Below, piece after piece: positions 59,878-62,051 of a DNA stretch of 62,051 nt (position 1 is its first letter; every line of letters starts with the position of its first letter). The notes under the pieces were generated by a model. The model did not search any database and was not told the DNA's origin. It saw nothing but the letters and a program-made list of their open reading frames with translations. The DNA is from a virus (Duplodnaviria; Caudoviricetes), in IMG/VR virus record IMGVR_UViG_3300030098_005428, positions 1 to 62,051 of that record; one strand, written 5' to 3'. The position numbers were made by a program, and so were the translations under genes.

Positions 59878-60177
59878 TTACATTCCTCCTTTTCTTTTTT
59901 TAGGTTTTGGTGGTGCGTCAACTCTTTTCTCAGAGACTTTTTTGCCACCTTTTGTTATTCTCTGATAATATTGACCTGTTAAATCTTTGTAATATATAGT
60001 ATCAACTTCTTTTGCTTTCTGATCTCTTAAATATTCAGAAAATTCATACTCAAAAGGTTTCATACCTTTTTTTGTCATGTATGCAGCATAGTCTTCAAGA
60101 TGCTCAGATCTTGTTTTTTTCTTCTGATTATTTGTGCTATCTAAATTTTTTAAAGGATCTGGTTGTCTATATGCCAT
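59878..60177 (-). CDS. Hypothetical basic protein
   Basis: Coupled ORF. Confidence 0.55.
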   Translation of the reverse strand: MAYRQPDPLKNLDSTNNQKKKTRSEHLEDYAAYMTKKGMKPFEYEFSEYLRDQKAKEVDTIYYKDLTGQYYQRITKGGKKVSEKRVDAPPKPKKRKGGM

Positions 60178-60179
60178 AA

Positions 60180-61190
60180 TTATCTATTTAATTGATTTGG
60201 AAAGTTATTTTTTCTTCTTTGCATAAAGGTATTAGAAAAAGTTTCAGGATTTCTTGCTCTTAAATTTCCTGTTAATTTTTCTCCAGCTGCTTCATCACGC
60301 GCTCTTGCAACGTCAATTTGTTGTTCTGCTTGTTCTTGAAAACCACCTGGCCCGTAAAACTGTCCTCTTCCACCAGTATATACCACTCTACCAGATTTAA
60401 AATCCTCAATCATTTCCTTGCCTTTTGCAATTTTTTCTTTACTCGTTAAATTAGGATCATTATTAATATCATCTATCATTTGTTTGTGCTCTAATGGGTC
60501 TGCATGAATCCAATGTCCCCCTTGTTCTGTTCTTATATAACCACCTTGCATCACTGGGCTTTGCATTACCGAAAGATTTGTGCCAACTTCACCAGGTACT
60601 GCTCCATCAGATGACGTATAGCTTTCAAATGTTTTTGATAGTTTGTTCATATCACTATCTTTTAATCCAAGCGCTTTTTGGTTTTTCTTTACAAACTCTA
60701 ATTGAACTGGTGTAATTTCAGATTCTGTTTGTAACCAGTGATTAAGTATTTGTCTCGTTTCATCTCCTCCTGGTTTACCAACTGTGCCCTTCTGAATCGT
60801 ATTAGTTAATTGTTGAATAAATGTTGCATCCCTATTACCTTCTTCGCCGAATTGATAAAAGAATGGGTTTACATTTGCTTCACTAGCGGTTGTTGGTTGG
60901 TATACGTTGTCTCTTATTTTTTTTGCTAACGTGTTTTCTCTAAATGAACGCACATCATCTATTGTAGCGTTAGGGTTTGCTGCTAAATACTCATCAAAAT
61001 CTTTTTTTATTTCCTCTTGAGAATAAGGGATATTATCATCAGTGATCTGAGGGTTTAATTTGTCTTTAACCATTCCTGCTACAGAGCCCCCAAGTTTAAC
61101 TGTACTATTTTCGTTGAACTCTTTTCTTTTCTCACGTTCTTGTTTAATAATACTTTTAGCTGTCTTCTTAGCTTGCTTCTTGGTAGACAC
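60180..61190 (-). CDS. Hypothetical protein
   Basis: 336 aa ORF. Confidence 0.6.
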   Translation of the reverse strand: MSTKKQAKKTAKSIIKQEREKRKEFNENSTVKLGGSVAGMVKDKLNPQITDDNIPYSQEEIKKDFDEYLAANPNATIDDVRSFRENTLAKKIRDNVYQPTTASEANVNPFFYQFGEEGNRDATFIQQLTNTIQKGTVGKPGGDETRQILNHWLQTESEITPVQLEFVKKNQKALGLKDSDMNKLSKTFESYTSSDGAVPGEVGTNLSVMQSPVMQGGYIRTEQGGHWIHADPLEHKQMIDDINNDPNLTSKEKIAKGKEMIEDFKSGRVVYTGGRGQFYGPGGFQEQAEQQIDVARARDEAAGEKLTGNLRARNPETFSNTFMQRRKNNFPNQLNR

Positions 61191-61196
61191 GATTAT

Positions 61197-61511
61197 TTAT
61201 TTTTTCTTTCTACCTGTAAGTGCTACTTGTCCTCTAGCTTTTCCTTTACTAACAAGTTTTTTAGCTCTTTTTATACTGATTGATTTGGTTTTTTCTTTAC
61301 CTTTTTTTACAGTAGTTTTATAAGCTCCTTTGAGTTTTTTATTTTTTGAATCCCATATGGTGTTCTTTAAACCTACATATACTCTCTTTTTAGGTGTAGA
61401 TTTCTTTGGTGGTCCTTTTTTAATAGAAGCACGCCTTGCTGGACTAATTTTTTTAACTCTTTTAGTCGGTCTACCTCTTTTAGATCCGTATGTTCCTTTA
61501 CCTTTTGGCAT
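61197..61511 (-). CDS. Highly basic small protein (MPKGKGTYGSKRGRP)
   Basis: AT-hook-like KRGRP; K-rich. Confidence 0.6.
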   Translation of the reverse strand: MPKGKGTYGSKRGRPTKRVKKISPARRASIKKGPPKKSTPKKRVYVGLKNTIWDSKNKKLKGAYKTTVKKGKEKTKSISIKRAKKLVSKGKARGQVALTGRKKK

Positions 61512-61547
61512 GATGTTAAATTTTAGTTTTAATACAAAAGTGTACAC

Positions 61548-61561
61548 TTTAATTATTACAT
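61548..61561 (-). promoter_or_regulatory. Putative late promoter motif (ATGTAATAATTAAA)
   Basis: Upstream of the first gene of the - strand block. Confidence 0.4.
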
Positions 61562-61883
61562 GTTATAAATATTATTTAACCTGTCGATGTTAGGATGTTT
61601 TATACAGTGTGACATTTGCCTATTACTAGAGGACTATATAAGGCTATTGTCATATAAAAAAAGTTATTATAAATATTGGAGTACTGTGTTGCCCCTCCTC
61701 CCTCTACCTCGCCTAGCCCCACAAAAACAGATTTATTTAGCCCAGCCCCACTAACTTTATAAACACATTTCAAAATTTTTTTACGTTTTGAATTATATTT
61801 CAACACTTAACTAACTATCTCAACACAACTATAATTTCATATTAAGTAGAATTCCAATATATATTTCACATATTGCTATAATG

Positions 61884-62006
61884 ACACAAAGTAAATACAT
61901 TCTCACTTGGATAATATATATAAATAACTTAACAATTAAATAATTTATATATTAATTAAATAACACAAAGTAAATACAATTTAACTTGGATAATATATAT
62001 AAATAA
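61884..62006 (+). repeat. Two 44-bp direct repeats (61884-61927, 61963-62006), probable phage promoters
   Basis: ACACAAAGTAAATACA-N5-ACTTGGATAATATATATAAATAA, identical outside the 5-nt centre; 79-bp period. Confidence 0.75.
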
Positions 62007-62051
62007 ACTAATAAATAAAAAAAAAGAAATGATATAATGAGAGTAAGTGTG

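Noticed and set aside
61884-62006. CRISPR array (44-bp repeats, 35-bp gap)
   Set aside because: Only two copies, variable centre, low-complexity AT spacer, and no cas genes in the window.
1-62051. tRNA genes, integrase, transposase, reverse transcriptase/DGR
   Set aside because: None recognised by eye; intergenic gaps are mostly too short. tRNAscan-SE and HMM searches would be needed to exclude them formally.

Overview
An AT-rich ~62 kb segment of a tailed dsDNA phage. Podovirus/crAss-like morphogenesis genes and AT-rich, Shine-Dalgarno-free starts suggest a Bacteroidetes/Flavobacteria host (inference). The + strand (1-11038) encodes replication, nucleotide and glycan genes: primase-helicase, a dCMP-hydroxymethylase-type thymidylate synthase homologue, MazG, endonuclease, NrdB/NrdA, a JmjC oxygenase, KdsB, KdsA and glycosyltransferases. 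The - strand (11035-61511) encodes lysis/envelope genes, giant virion proteins, tail, capsid, portal, terminase, GroEL/GroES and small basic proteins. The main observation is a pair of Thr-rich proteins, A (750 aa, 50829-53081) and B (753 aa, 47471-49732), that are antiparallel complements at the protein level. Aligned by hand with residue i(A)+j(B)=746, their irregular 4/6-spaced node residues match without a gap over 693 residues. Aromatics sit opposite Lys/Arg/Gln/Thr, never aromatic-aromatic or basic-basic. This suggests a register-coded heterodimeric beta-zipper fibre. The two genes flank a methyltransferase fused to an apparently inactive Hint domain and are followed by a KpsS-like Kdo transferase, while the phage also encodes Kdo synthesis. 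All family calls come from motif recognition; no database search was run.
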